64,000 nt of DNA from Macrostomum lignano. Lineage: Eukaryota. How positions within the stretch are numbered: the stretch's first letter is position 1; every line of letters starts with the position of its first letter. The stretch is taken from the NCBI GenBank assembly GCA_002269645.1, contig NIVC01000386.1, positions 248,001 to 312,000 of the forward strand, read 5' to 3'. A program made the position numbers and the translations under genes. The notes beneath the pieces are model-generated. The model searched no databases. It was not told the origin of the DNA and saw only the letters and a list, made by a program, of their open reading frames with translations. Positions 1-13,528 of the stretch are shown piece by piece.

Positions 1-155
1 CAGCTGAATGGTGGGTCAGCTGAATGGTGGGTTAGATGGATGGTGGGTCAGCTGAATGGTGGGTCAGTGGGTCAGATGGATGGTGGGTCAGCTGAATGGT
101 GGGTCAGCTGGATGGTGGGTCAGCTGGATGTTGGATCAGCTGGTTGTTGGATCAG
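1..155. repeat. ~16-bp minisatellite (CAGCTGAATGGTGGGT) in NRBP intron 7
   Basis: Visible tandem units with variants. Confidence 0.85.
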
Positions 156-230
156 TGAGTGATCAGCTGGCTCAAACGATTTGTGGGTCAGCAGATAAGT
201 AGGTCAGAGCAAACAGAGCCGAGCTCTAAC

Positions 231-3200
231 CTGCAGGAAGTAGGGATAGGGCACTCGGTTCTGCGAGTGCAGCCACCACAGGGTGAAGGCGTCAACGCCG
301 GACTCCTTGGCCAGCTGCTCCCTGCAGTGGTAGCATCGGGCCGTCAGGTAGTTGGGCAGGTCAGACCGGCTCAGGTAGTCGCACCTGCGGCAGGTGATAG
401 CGAATAGGGAGTTTCCTTGATTCTGACCGCTTGTGCATTGTGATGACTTGAGAATTTAGGATGGCAAAGATGTCAGGAGATGAAATGTAATAATGACAGT
501 TATGGCATACTGACAACACCACAGGAGTCGCAGACAAGATGCCAGATTACATGACAAGAACCTCAGATTACATGACACGAATCTTGGAATGCATGTCAAG
601 AATCTCAGATTACATGACAAGAATCTCAGATAACATGACAGGAATCTCGGATTACATGACAAGAATCTCAGATAACATGACAGGAATCTCGGATTACATG
701 GCAATACTCGTAATCTCAGATGACATGTGAATGTCAGATTACATGACAAGAACCTCAAATTACATGATAAGAATGTCAGATTACATGACAAGAATCTCGG
801 ATTACATGACAAGAATGTCGGATTACATGACAAGAATGTCAGATTACATGACAAGAATCTCGGATTACATGACAAGAATGTCGGATTACATGACAAGAAT
901 GTCAGATTACATGACAAGAATGTCAGATTACATGACGAATGTCACATTACATGACAAGAATGTCACATTACATGACAAGAATGTCACATTACATGACAAG
1001 AATGTCACAATACATGACAAGAATGTCAGATTACATGACAAGAATGTCACATTACATGACAAGAACCTCAGATTACATGACAAGAATGTCACACTACATG
1101 ACAAGAATGTCACAATACATGACAAGAACCTCAGATTACACTACACGGCAAGAATTTCCGGTCCCACTTCCGCAGCAACCAAGCCCCTCACTTGTCATGC
1201 CACCGGCACTCCCTGTAGGACCGGCAGGTGGGGCCGCAGCCCCAGAACAGCTCGCTAGGCGGGGCCTCCACCGGCACCAGCACGCAGTCGACATCGTCGT
1301 GGTTCGGCTGCCTCGGCCCGGCGCAGATCCTCTCGTAGGTGCAGTCCCGCAGCCGCTGCCGCTCCTCCGCTTCCTGCCTCTGCTTGGCCAGCGCGTCCAG
1401 CTTCCTGCTGAGCAGGTCGCAGTCCAGCTGGTGCGAGAGCAGCGGATTCTGAGGCTGGCCTGGAGCTGCGGCGGCGGTGGCAGGGGCGACGGTCGGGGCG
1501 GCAGCGGGGGCGGCAGCGGCGGTGGGAGGAGCGGCGGCAGTGGGCGCGGCGGACACGGGCGGCGAGCCCCGGTTGTTGCCGCCGCCAGAGCTGCCAGCGC
1601 CGCCGCCATTGCCGCCGCCGCCGGCCGGGTAGTCACGGCTGGCCTGGCGAGAGGTGCCCGTCCGCTCGCCGCTGCTCTGCGTTTCCAACTGCTGCTGCGG
1701 CTGCGCCTGCGGGCTGGGCGGCTGGGCCCAGCCGAGCTTGGTGCACAGCTCCTGGTAGTCGCGGACCCGCCCGTTTTGAGTCGGATGGCCCAGGAATGCG
1801 AATGCGATGCGCCTGGCCAGGGCCTCTTCGTCCTGAGTGCCGCACACCTGCGGGGGGAGTCGGAAGTGCGGCTGGCTGCATCCAGATGCTGGATTTTGGG
1901 AGGCAGGGTTCGGAACACTTGGAATATTTGGGATCAGAGTCCCTGGGATATTTGGGATCAGAATCCCTGGAATATTTGGGATCAGAGTCCCTGGGATATT
2001 TGGGATCAGTATCCCTGGGGTATTTGGGATCAGAGTCCCTGAGATATTTGCGATCATGGGATCAGAAGCCATGGGATATTTGGGACCAGAATCCCTAGGA
2101 TATTTGGGATCAGAATCCCTAGGATGTTTGGGATCAGAGTCCCTGGAATATTTGGGATCATAAGCCCTGGGATGTTTGAGATCAGAATCCCTGGGATATT
2201 TGGGATCAGAATCCCTGGGATATTTGGGATCAGAATCTTTGGGATATTTGGGATCAGAATCCCTGGGATGTTTGGGGTCCGAATCCCTGGAATATTTGGG
2301 ACCAGAATCCCTGGAATATTTGGGATCAGAATCCCTGGGATATTTGGGATCAGAATCCCTAGGATGTTTGGGATCAGAGTCCCTGGAATATTTGGGACCA
2401 GAATCCCTGGAATATTTGGGATCAGAATCCCTGGGATATTTGGGATCAGAATCCTTGGGATTTTTGAGATCAGAATCCCTGGAATATTTGGGATCAGAGT
2501 CCCTGGGATATTTGGGATCAGTATCCCTGGGGTATTTGGGATCAGAGTCCCTGAGATATTTGCGATCATGGGATCAGAATCCCTGGGATATTTGGGATCA
2601 GAATCCCTGGGATATTTGGGATCAGAATCCCTGCGATTATTGGGATCAAAAGCCATGGGATACTTGGGATAAAACTCCTCTTGGATACTGAGGAACACCA
2701 CAGCCGAGTGGCGCAGCTTGCCACCCACCTGGTCCTCCACAAACTGCCTGGCGATGGCCCTGGGCTGGGAGTAGCGCTGCTCAGTCAGCTGCACATTCAC
2801 GTTGCGCAGGATGTGCCGCTCGTCAAACCAGACCTTCAGATGGCAGTTCCAGCGGCCGAGGCCGATGTACTGCAGCTCGGTGTCCAGGAACTGCAGGCTC
2901 TCCTGCCTGTCCTGGGCCGGCGGGCCGTGCAGCCGCTCCAGCTCGCGCAGGTCCAGCAGCGAACGCTTGCCGTCCTCAGCCTCTTCTTCATCCTCGTCTT
3001 CGACCTCGTCGTCGATCAGCTCGCCGGCGTTAGCAGCCGCGGCGGCCGAGGCGGAGGCGTCGACGGCTGGCGCTGCCGCGGCCGTCTCGATGACTTCGTT
3101 AGCGGAGGCGACAGCGGCCTGAGGCGCGGCCAATGAAGCTGCTGCTGCAGAGTCCGTGACATCGGCGCCGTTCGTTGCGGCACCAGGCATGGCGCCACCG

Positions 3201-6200
3201 GCAGCACCGCTATCGACGGGGACGCAGCCAACGCCACCGCCGCCGGCGTGCTCTGCGACCGCGGCGCTGCCGCTGCCGAGACACGGCACGATGGCCACGG
3301 CGGCTGTGGACTTCTGCGGTGGTGGCGGGTGAATGAGACAACTGCTATCAGATGGCTGAGTCAATATCTCAGTTGCAGCGGATCTAGAGATCTCAGGAGA
3401 GATTCATTGAGATGGATATCTTAAACGAGACAGCTCAAGAGCTTTTGGTCTCCATGGAGATTAGCTGCGGCAAACAGAGGGATGTCACTGTCACTGAGGG
3501 TCAGATCTCAGGAGAGATATTCGCAAAGTCAAGTCTCAGGTGAGATATTTGGAGAGTCAAGTCTCAGGTGAGATATTCGGAGGAGAGTCAAGTCTAAGGT
3601 GAGGTATTCGGAGGAGAGTCAAGTCTCAGATGTCTCACCTGCGCAATGTCCTCCTCCGCAACGGAGCCGGGCCAGGTGGCGCAGCGGTTGCCCAGCATGC
3701 CCTGTCCGCCCGCCGTCGCGGGCGTCGCTGCTTCGTCAATGCCGCCGGCGCCCGCGCCGCCAGCAAGGGAGATGCCGCCGCTCATGATTGGCTGGCCGCT
3801 GCTGCTGATGAGGACGCAGCCGCCGGAGACCTCAAAGCCGCCGGCGACGCTGTCGACGCCCCCCTGGCCGGAGGAAGCGGCGGTGGTGGCCGAGGCCAGG
3901 CTGGTGTAGTCCGAGGCCTCCGAGCAGCGGCAGTAGACAGCGTCAGACAGCATCCTGGCCGGGTCCTTCGGCCGCTTCAGGTGCGGCTTGCCGTCGAGCA
4001 TGTGCACCTCGTCGCGATCGCCGAAGCCAAAGATCGGATGGAAGCCGTTCTTAACGTCTTCCAAGAACTTGCAGTTCAGCGTGTGGCAGATCAGGTCCTT
4101 GTACAGCCGCTCGCGCACCTGGCCGGCTCTCCGCATCTCCACCATCACCGTGTCGTTCTCGAACCTGGCGAAGGCGGCGACATGTGCAACTGATCTAGCA
4201 CTCACTGCCACTGATCTAGCACTCACTGCCACTGATCTAGCACTCACTGTCACTGATCTAGCACTCACTGACACTGATCTAGCACTCACTGACACTGATC
4301 TAGCATTCACTGCCACTGATCTAGCATTCACTGACACTGATCTAGCACTCACTGTCACTGATCTAGCACTCAATGTCACTGATCTAGCACTCACTGTCAC
4401 TGATCTAGCACTCACTGTCACTGATCTAGCACTCACTGACACTGATCTAGCACTCACTGACACTGATCTAGCACTCACTGACACTGATCTAGCACTCAAT
4501 GTCACTGATCAAGCACTCACTGACACTGATCTAGCACTCACTGACACTGATCTAGCACTCACTGTCACTGATCTAGCACTCACTGTCACTGATCTAGCAC
4601 TCACTGACACTGATCTAGCACTCACTGACACTGATCTAGCACTCACTGACACTGATCTAGCACTCAATGTCACTGATCAAGCACTCACTGACACTGATCT
4701 AGCACTCACTGACACTGATCTAGCACTCACTGTCACTGATCTAGCACTCACTGTCACTGATCTAGCACTCACTGACACTGATCTAGCACTCACTGACACT
4801 GATCTAGCACTCACTGACACTGATCTAGCATTCACTGACACTGATCTAGCATTCACTGACACTGATCTAGCATTCACTGACACTGATCTAGCACTCACTG
4901 ATACTGATCTAGCATTCACTGCCACTGATCTAGCATTCACTGCCACTGATCTAGCATTCACTGACACTGATCTAGCACTCACTGTCACTGATCTAGCACT
5001 CACTGACACTGATCTAGCATTCACTGACACTGATCTAGCACTCACTGTCACTGATCTAGCACTCACTGACACTGATCTAGCACTCACTGACACTGATCTA
5101 GCACTCACTGACACTGATCTAGCACTCACTGACACTAATCGCACTGCAACAGAGCCAACCCGCACTGACCTCTCCAGCATCTGGTCCAGCTGCTCCCGCA
5201 TGGCCTTGTGGTCCAGGTTGGGCGGCAGATGGCCGATGTAGGCCCTGGCAGCGAAGACGTCCAGCTTGGGCACTACGAACACGGCGGGGTGTCTGTACAG
5301 GTGCCACCAGGTGTGCCGCTGGCCCGGGTCCGTGTGCAGGCAGCCTTTGATGAAGTCCTTGGTGACGGGGCTGCTCACCTTCCGCAGCATGGCCTCAATG
5401 CGGTCTTCCGAGTTGGGGATCAGGTCGTCCTTCCGCTCCCAGACGGCCAGCTCAAGAGCGATGACTCCAAGTGCGTAGATGTCCACCGCGGGGGTGATCT
5501 TGCAGGCGGCGTCCGCGTACTCGGGGCCAGGTAGTGCTTCACGGTCACGAACTTGGACCGGTCACGGTTCGCCTTCGGGTTCAGCAGGTCGTCCATGGCC
5601 ATCGTGCCCACCTGAGTGCGGGTGCGAATCAGTGACACCCGTCAGCGGCCACGTCTGAACCACGATTCACAACTGGTCAGTCACCAATCTACCTAATCCG
5701 ACCCTTTGGTCAGTCACCAATCTACCTAATCCGACCCTTTGGTCAGTCACCAATCTACCTAATCCGACCCTTTGGTCAGTCACCAATCTGCCTAATCCGA
5801 CCCTTTGGTCAGTCACTAATCTACCTAATCCGACCCTTTGGTCAGTCACCAATCTGCCTAATCCGACCCTTTGGTCAGTCACCAATCTAACTAATCCGAC
5901 CCTTTGGTCAGTCACCAATCTACCTAATCCGACCCTTTGGTCAGTCACCAATCTACCTAATCCGACCCTTTGGTCAGTCATCAATCTAACTAATCCGACC
6001 CTTTGGTCAGTCACCAATCTAACTAATCCGACCCTTTGGTCAGTCATCAATCTAACTAATCCGACCCTTTGGTCAGTCACCAATCTACCTAATCCGACCC
6101 TTTGGTCAGTCACTAATCTACCTAATCCGACCCTTTGGTCAGTCACCAATCTGCCTAATCCGACCCTTTGGTCAGTCACCAATCTACCTAATCCGACCCT

Positions 6201-8368
6201 TTGGTCAGTCACCAATCTACCTAATCCGACCCTTTGGTCAGTCACCAATCTAACTAATCCGACCCTTTGGTCAGTCATCAATCTAACTAATCCGACCCTT
6301 TGGTCAGTCACCAATCTAACTAATCCGACCCTTTGGTCAGTCATCAATCTAACTAATCCGACCCTTTGGTCAGTCACCAATCTACCTAATCCGACCCTTT
6401 GGTCAGTCACTAATCTACCTAATCCGACCCTTTGGTCAGTCACCAATCTGCCTAATCCGACCCTTTGGTCAGTCACCAATCTACCTAATCCGACCCTTTG
6501 GTCAGTCATCAATCTAACTAATCCGACCCTTTGGTCAGTCACCAATCTACCTAATCCGACCCTTTGGTCAGTCACCAATCTACCTAATCAGACCCTTGAC
6601 CCACAACTGTTGTCATTCTCGAACCAACCCTTATCTAGCTTAAAAGGTTCTCAGCCGCTAGCTCACCTTCAGATTGCCGCTCTTCTGCTGGTAGTGGATG
6701 GTCTCGCTGGTCAGATTGCCGTGGGTGAGGCCCAGCTCAAGAAAGAACTTGAGCACAGACAGCAGGTTGGCCATGCAGCGCTGCCAGATCGCCCGGCTTC
6801 GGGTTGTGTTGCTCATGAACTGCTTCAGGGTGCCCTCCTCGGTGCGCTCGGTGATAAGCACGAGCTTGGCGCCCCGGTCCTCCAGCTCGGTGATCCAGTA
6901 GTCAAGGTAGCGCACCATGTTGGGGTGGTGCTTCCTGTTCAGCCGCTTCATCGTGTTGGTGAACCTGTGACGCAGCGCCTCGCTCACCTGCTCCTCCTGC
7001 GGGGATGTCAGAGACAGGGTGGGAGAGGGGATGTCAGTCAGGGTGGGAGAGGGGATGTCAGAGTCATGGTGGGAGAGGGGATGTCAGAGTCAGGGTGGGA
7101 GAGGGGATGTCAGTCATGGTGGGAGAGGGGATGTCAGTCAGGGTGGGAGAGGGGATGTCAGAGTCATGGTGGGAGAGGGGATGTCAGAGTCAGGGTGGGA
7201 GAGGGGATGTCAGTCAGGGTGGGAGAGGGGATGTCAGTCATGGTGGGAGAGGGGATGTCAGTCAGGGTGGGAGAGGGGATGTCAGTCATGGTGGGAGAGG
7301 GGATGTCAGTCAGGGTGGGAGAGGGGATGTCAGAGTCATGGTGGGAGAGGGGATGTCAGAGTCAGGGTGGGAGAGGGGATGTCAGTCAGGGTGGGAGAGG
7401 GGATGTCAGTCATGGTGGGAGAGGGGATGTCAGTCAGGGTGGGAGAGGGGATGTCAGAGTCAGGGTGGGAGAGGGGATGTCAGTCATGGTGGGAGAGGGG
7501 ATGTCAGTCAGGGTGGGAGAGGGGATTTCAGAGTCATGGTGGGAGAGGGGATGTCAGTCATGGTGGGAGAGGGGATGTCAGAGTCAGGGTGGGAGAGGGG
7601 ATGTCAGAGTCAGGGTGGGAGAGGGGATGTCAGTCATGGTGGGAGAGGGGATGTCAGTCAGGGTGGGAGAGGGGATGTCAGAGTCATGGTGGGAGAGGGG
7701 ATGTCAGAGTCAGGGTGGGAGAGGGGATGTCAGTCAGGGTGGGAGAGGGGATGTCAGTCAGGGTGGGAGAGGGGATGTCAGTCAGGGTGGGAGAGGGGAT
7801 GTCAGTCAGGGTGGGAGAGGGGATGTCAGTCAGGGTGGGAGAGGGGATGTCAAAAGGTCAGGGCGTCAAAGGGGTGTCAAAGGGTGTAAAACGGTCGGGA
7901 GGCAAGGCAAAAGCCGGGCTAATCAGGCCGCACCTTGAGTATAATCTCATTCCAGATGACGTCCTTGCCGACCCGCTGGTCGATGGCCAGGTAGGAGCCG
8001 GTGACCCCGGGCGCGTGCCTGGGCAGCCGGTTGTTCCGCTTGGCCCAGCGCTCGTTGTGCGACCGCTCGATGATTTTGTCCTCCTCCTCCTCCTCCTCGT
8101 CTTCGTCGTCTCGCTGGTCGTCGTCTTCATCGTCATCGTCCTCCGCGTCTGCCGGCTGCTGCTGCCCGCCGCCAGAATCGGCTGGCGGCGGCTCCGAGCC
8201 GGCTGGCAGTTCAGCCGCAGCCTCCGCCTCCGGCCTGGCCTGAGTTGATGATGAAGCTTTCAGCGGCTCAGCCGGCGGGGCGTCCGAGTAGCCGCTGGTG
8301 CCGACAGACTGGGAGGCGGTGGACTTCAGCTGGCGCTGCTGGAAGCTGCTGTCAGCCGGGTCGGTCAT
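231..8368 (-). CDS. NRBP1: NRBP/Madm-family pseudokinase with extended C-terminus (PHD-like finger); 3' end lies beyond the left edge of the window
   Basis: Exons (minus): 7934-8368, 6667-6996, 5170-5611, 3639-4164, 2729-3313, 1192-1847, 231-384. All introns are GT-AG and phases are compatible. NRBP-like motifs recognised from memory: EEEDKIIERSHNERWAKR..PGVTGSYLAID..VIWNEI, HGNLTSETI, HPAVFVVPKLDVFAA, KFLEDVKNGFHPIFGFG, FVEDQVCGTQDEEAL. One -1 frameshift in a G4 run at 5523-5526 (HYLAP/EYADA). About 1043 codons in the window after repair. Confidence 0.88.
540..1140. repeat. 21-bp minisatellite (CAGATTACATGACAAGAATGT) in NRBP intron 6
   Basis: 7-aa periodic ORFs (MSDYMTR) arise from it. Confidence 0.95.
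1920..2670. repeat. 24-bp minisatellite (GGGATATTTGGGATCAGAATCCCT) in NRBP intron 5
   Basis: 8-aa periodic ORFs (IPGIFGIR). Confidence 0.95.
3515..3630. repeat. Short ~30-bp tandem repeat (GAGATATTCGGAGGAGAGTCAAGTCTCAGGT) in NRBP intron 4
   Basis: 3-4 visible copies. Confidence 0.75.
4190..5140. repeat. 21-bp minisatellite (ACTGATCTAGCACTCACTGAC) in NRBP intron 3
   Basis: 7-aa periodic ORFs (SVSARSV / TDLALTD). Confidence 0.95.
5670..6595. repeat. 33-bp minisatellite (TGGTCAGTCACCAATCTACCTAATCCGACCCTT) in NRBP intron 2
   Basis: 11-aa periodic ORF (VTDQRVGLGRL). Confidence 0.95.
7001..7855. repeat. 24-27-bp G-rich minisatellite (GGGTGGGAGAGGGGATGTCAGTCA) in NRBP intron 1
   Basis: Visible tandem units abutting the acceptor site. 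Confidence 0.95.
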
Positions 8369-11300
8369 GGCTGTCAGACTTGTCAGCCCTGGCTCTGAAT
8401 GCAGCAATTGAGATTGCAGCTCGTTCGATTGGATAAATTTGTCAGGCAAGGGAATTTATGGCTGTGATTTAATGATGGTATTAGTATGATAGCTTACATC
8501 ACAGGATAGATTACAAGATATGCAGCTCAGTAAAATTTATGGTAGTCTCCATGGCCAAGGGAGTCGAGATTATAGAGAAACACTATCTATAGTAAAGGGC
8601 ATATTGGGATGGCATTGCACTGCAGAAATCATACATGCAATAGGGATACTTAAAGTACCATGACTTTCAAAGTTGCATTTTCAAATTAGGCCTTAGATGT
8701 GATTTTGTATCTTATATATCCTAGTGCTAGCAAAAAATCCTAAAATAGGTTTTAAAGTTATTTTTATGCAATAAATATGCTATAAAAATGAACTTTCTAA
8801 ATTGCATCCTGAAATTGGACCTTATTAATACCATCTTGCACCTTGAAGAAGACATGTGTGCTTAGAATTTTAGGGTATACAGTACTCAAGAAATTTGGTG
8901 TACATATTAGTGCACAAAAAGTGATTTTGGGCTTTTGGTATAAATATTTTATATTTTGGTGTGACTTAAAAAAATTACATTATCAATAATAGTCACTATA
9001 GTTGTCTATGTATATAAAATTGATAACTCTTTTGTGATAAACTATCTAGTATAGCATAGTAGTCCATGGCAGAACAAGAACAAATAGAATAGAATATGCA
9101 AGTAGTAATCCAAGATGCAATATATTTAGCTTGTTGAGTTGGCCAAGATCCCAGAATCACCAGGATCCTAAGATCCTGGAATCCCCAGGATCCTGGCTTT
9201 TTGTTAGTGTTTGGGATCCTAGGATTAGGGGTCCAGGATCCCAGTAAACATGGGATTGGAATTTACACTTTTTAGAAATGAATTTTTTGTCTTGCAGTTA
9301 GCACTTAACAGTTTTGAGAGAATTTTTACAACCTGAGTATGAAGTTATAGAATGAAAGACAGTAAGAATATCAATCAACTGTATCAAGCACTACTAGTTA
9401 CTAGACTAAGGGTCTAGTCTAGACTTTATCTAAGTGGCAATGGCCTGGACACTAGGCCCACTGGCCTAGGCCACGCCGTAAGATGCAAGTGCAGCTAAGG
9501 AAAGGGGGCAGAAAAAAGGGATGGGGTAGAGACTGGGTCTAAGCCTATGTGTGAGGTGGTCTATGTTGGGAGCAGAGAGAAGCACCAGCACAGCATATAT
9601 AGTCCTAATCCAAGGGGAGAGGGTGTAGTTTAGTATTTATATACAAACAACTAACTTCAACTATTTTATCAATGCAGTGTACACTAGAAATAGAAAATAG
9701 AAACACAAATGATGCTCAAATTGGTTGAGAAATTTGTTTTGTGGACAATAAAAAGTGTCCTGTAAATTTGTTTGTTCAATCCTAGGATTGGCCCAAAATC
9801 TTGGGATTTGGTAAATTTTTTGTCTAGGATCCTAGGATTATAAAATGTCTAGGATTTGGGACCCTTACATAGTAATCTACTAATAATAAAAACAGTGACA
9901 TTTCATAACTATATTAACCCTATCACAATTTAATGCAAAACTGACTTCTATGTTTTTTACAAAGTAAAGATTTGAAATTTCTAACAAAAATGCATAAATT
10001 TTACTTTACTATTTTACTATATAAATAAAACACTATAGCTTTTTAGTTTTTAGTTTTTCTAATTAAAACTAAATATTAGATTCAAAATTATTAGTCCATT
10101 AGTAACCTTTCAAAATTGACAAATTAGAGCTTTGTATAAGATATTATATATAGCCTATATTAAAAAAATTCATATAGGACACAATGGCAATGTTCTAAGT
10201 ATTTAATAACTTAATAAGCCTAACTTTACTTTTTGCTTTGTTTGACTTGGTATAATAGTTTAGTAATAATTTGATTAGTATTTTTTTCAATATATTATAT
10301 TACAATATATATTTACTGGTCCCAGGTCAATTCGGTGACAAGACATTTCGGTGACAACAACTTCGGTGACAACTTGGGACGTTTCGGTGACACCAGTGGT
10401 CAATTTGGTGACAAGCTTTAGACTTGATTTGACTATTTTTCGTTGTTAAATATTAAAATATATAGCTGTTAATATAAACTCTTATTAAAGTAATAAAGGT
10501 TCGTATGTTATCTGCATTTATTATTTTGTTTGAGTGCGTTTCGAGGCATAACATTTACAGCGCGCACTTAATTTTATCCATACTTTTAATTTTTCAACCC
10601 AAGTCAATGACAATTGATTATTAGATTTTTTGTACTACATCTACGTGTACATGTAAACTTACTTAAAATAATACTTAAAAGCCATTGAACAAGTTTAGAA
10701 AACAACTGTATACCTATAGCGTAGCTTATGACTGTACATATGTTTATGTTATGTGCTAATTCAGGGACTATAAGGCAAGGAGCGCCAATAGGGGCGGACC
10801 CGCGGATAGAGCTTGATAGAACTTATTGAGCCCCCAAAAACCTAAGTTTGCACCCTTTAAACTAGATTTTTCGCCTCCTACGCATTTTTTTACCCCTAGC
10901 TTAAAAATTGGCGCCCCTCATACTCATGTTGGTGCCCAAAACTTGGATTGACGCCCCCCCCCTTCGGCCCCCAAATGAAATTCTAGATCCGCTACTGTAT
11001 GTGCGCCTCACAGAGTATAGATTATGGGTGAGTTGGCTTGAAATTTATCTTGTAATTAATTTTGGCGCTTATTGACAACTGTCCTGTGCGTGTACTGTAA
11101 ACTTATGGTCGTGGCTCGTGACCATGGCAACATAAACACGTGTATAAGTGTAAAGTCAAACAAAACTTGGTCTTCTACATTTAGTAAATGAATAACACTT
11201 ATTCGTTCATTCAGCAACACAGTTAAGTGAAGGTGACAATTATACTATAAAAGAAAATTGCTGTGCTCTTGTTGGCACTCATTACATCACAATTTTACCA

Positions 11301-11615
11301 TGGTTGCTAACCGCTAAATCCATGAATCACAGAACCAGCATTAAGTTATGCTAGGTAATCTGAACGGATGTGGTCAATCGGAATTGCTTACTTTCTACGC
11401 AATCGAAATTCTGTGATATACCCTATTGGTTAAAACGCCATCTATATTGCGCATGCGTCCTATAACTCCATACTTGTACAGAAGCAATTGAACGCAAGAT
11501 CCATATAGCTACCGGTCTGCGCACTATATATTTACTCTTTAACACTCAAGAATATCGACTTAATATCTTCCCTACATCTAAAAAGCAACTAGCTTACTCG
11601 TTAACTAATTGTCTG

Positions 11616-13404
11616 ATGGAAGTCGAAGAAGACGTCTGTCCAGCGTGTGTCAAAGCAGTAACTGACGAGGAGCCTGCATTAAATTGTGACAAGTGCAAAC
11701 ATTGGTTCCATCGACTGTGTTTGAGTGGTAAGTTTATGCCCTATATTCTGCATTCCATCAACTTAGCGTGTATTCACTCTTAAAATGGAAGAGGAAAAGA
11801 GGATAGAGGGGGGAGAAGGTAGAGGAGAGAGTGAAGAGGGAAAAGAGGGTAGGGGAGAGAAGGTGGGGAGAGAGGGTAGAGGGGGGAGAAGGTAGAGGAG
11901 AGAGTGAAGAGGAAAAGAGGGTAGGGGAGAGAAGGTGCAGGGAGAGGGGGTAGAGAGGAGAGAGGGTATGTGGAGAGATGATAAATTGCTGAAATTTTTT
12001 TGCTTTTTATTTTAGGAGCATCGTTCATTTCTACTGCACAGTATAAGAAATTGACGAAGAAGAGTTCTTTTACTTGATGCTGCATGATCTGCACTACTCA
12101 GGAGGTACATGTAGAGAGCGATGCTGAAGTTGAAGTTGCTGCTGCCGGTGGTGATGAGGTAGAGAGCGATGCCGAAATCGAAGTTGCTGCTGCCGGTGGT
12201 GATGAGGTAGAGAGCGATGCCGAAATCGAAGTTGCTGCTGCCGGTGGTGATGAGGTAGAGAGCGATGCCGAAATCGAAGTTGCTGCTGCCGGTGGTGATG
12301 AGGTAGAGAGCGATGCCGAAATCGAAGTTGCTGCTGCCAGTGGTAGCGAAAGTGATGAGGTAGAGAGCGATGCTGAGATCCAAGTTGCTGCTACTGCTGA
12401 TTCATCGATTGAAGATCCAGACCCTCAACCAATCGCTGCTCACAATCGTCCAGAGACATTTGAGGTACTTCAAAACGCAAGCAGTAGAGGTTCAGTCCTT
12501 GTTGTTTCCTCAAAAGGATACAGCTATGGTTTTCACCGTAGGCGTGGTGATCACGAATACTACAGATGCACTCAGCGCAATCGACATACGCCATGCTGTG
12601 CAACCCTAAATCGCAGAGCCGGTGAAGACTTCCAACCAGGAAAAAGGAACCACTGCCATGCACCAACAGCTGATGCTTGTGCAGTACGAAAAATCATTCG
12701 AGACGTGAAGACATCAGCAGCTGCGGATGTCTTCAAATCTGCTGCGGCTCTATCTGAGGAGCGACTTCTACACAGTTATCGTTCGTCAGAGGCTAAAAAC
12801 TTGCCAAATCCAGCGAATCTTGCTAGAACAGCTAATCGTTTTCGAGAAAGGCAACGGCCAGAGGAGCCAAAGACATTAAACTTTGAGCTGCAGCACGAAG
12901 CGATTCCCGATGGCTTTTACAGAAGCGATGTTTGAGTCGGTGATGGCACTGCCGTACCTGCCACGTGACGAGATTAACGAGGTGTTTGAAAGCCTCCGAG
13001 CTTCGCAAGCTGCTCAGGCAGACGAAAGACTGCAGGAACTATGCGAGTACATTGGCAGTACATGGTTGGGCGAAGGCAGCAACTGGAAAGCGGATGACAT
13101 TTGCGTGTTTGGTCAGCCCATCAGGACCAACAACGACCTGGAGGGCTGGCACTATCGCCTAAACCGTAAAGCTGGGAGGCGCAACCTCCAGTTCTATCTG
13201 TTGCTGCAACTGCTCCACGAGGAAGCTATCCTGGTGCCACTCCAGGCTCACCTGCTGTCCAGAGGGGTACTGCGTCGAGAGCAGCGGCAAGGGTACCGCA
13301 CAGTTCAGTCTCGTTTGTTTCGCTACTGGGCGGAACATGAACAAGGTACTCGAAGCACTCGGCGGCTGCTTAAATCCTGTGGTCGTCTCTTTAATCCGAA
13401 GTGA
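11616..13404 (+). pseudogene. Disrupted MULE transposase gene: PHD finger - acidic 48-bp repeat - FLYWCH-like finger - [catalytic core deleted] - MULE C-terminus
   Basis: Exon 11616-11727 encodes MEVEEDVCPACVKAVTDEEPALNCDKCKHWFHRLC. A GT-AG intron runs to 12015, then an in-frame TGA at 12075-12077 falls where W of W-C-x2-C is expected. FLYWCH-like GYSY..YYRCTQR..C..NHCH follows. A TGA and frame switch at ~12933-12945 join DGFYRSDV to MALPYLP. The C-terminus has the MULE motif RTNNDLEGWHYRLN. Confidence 0.85.
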
Positions 13405-13528
13405 CATGACGACTGAGCTTCACCAAAGACTACATATGTGCTAGACATATACACTAGACTGTACATGTACTAGAATCAAGGCCGGATATTTAGGGAACTA
13501 TACTACTCGCGTATACCATGTACTCTTG

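Noticed and set aside
9140-9870. Possible decayed hAT MITE with GGATCC subterminal repeats
   Set aside because: No matching TIR pair with a TSD found; used only as evidence of C>T decay
11616-12100. Idea that the NRBP PHD-like finger was captured from the neighbouring MULE PHD exon
   Set aside because: Cysteine spacing and sequence differ markedly and the MULE insertion looks recent; no direct support
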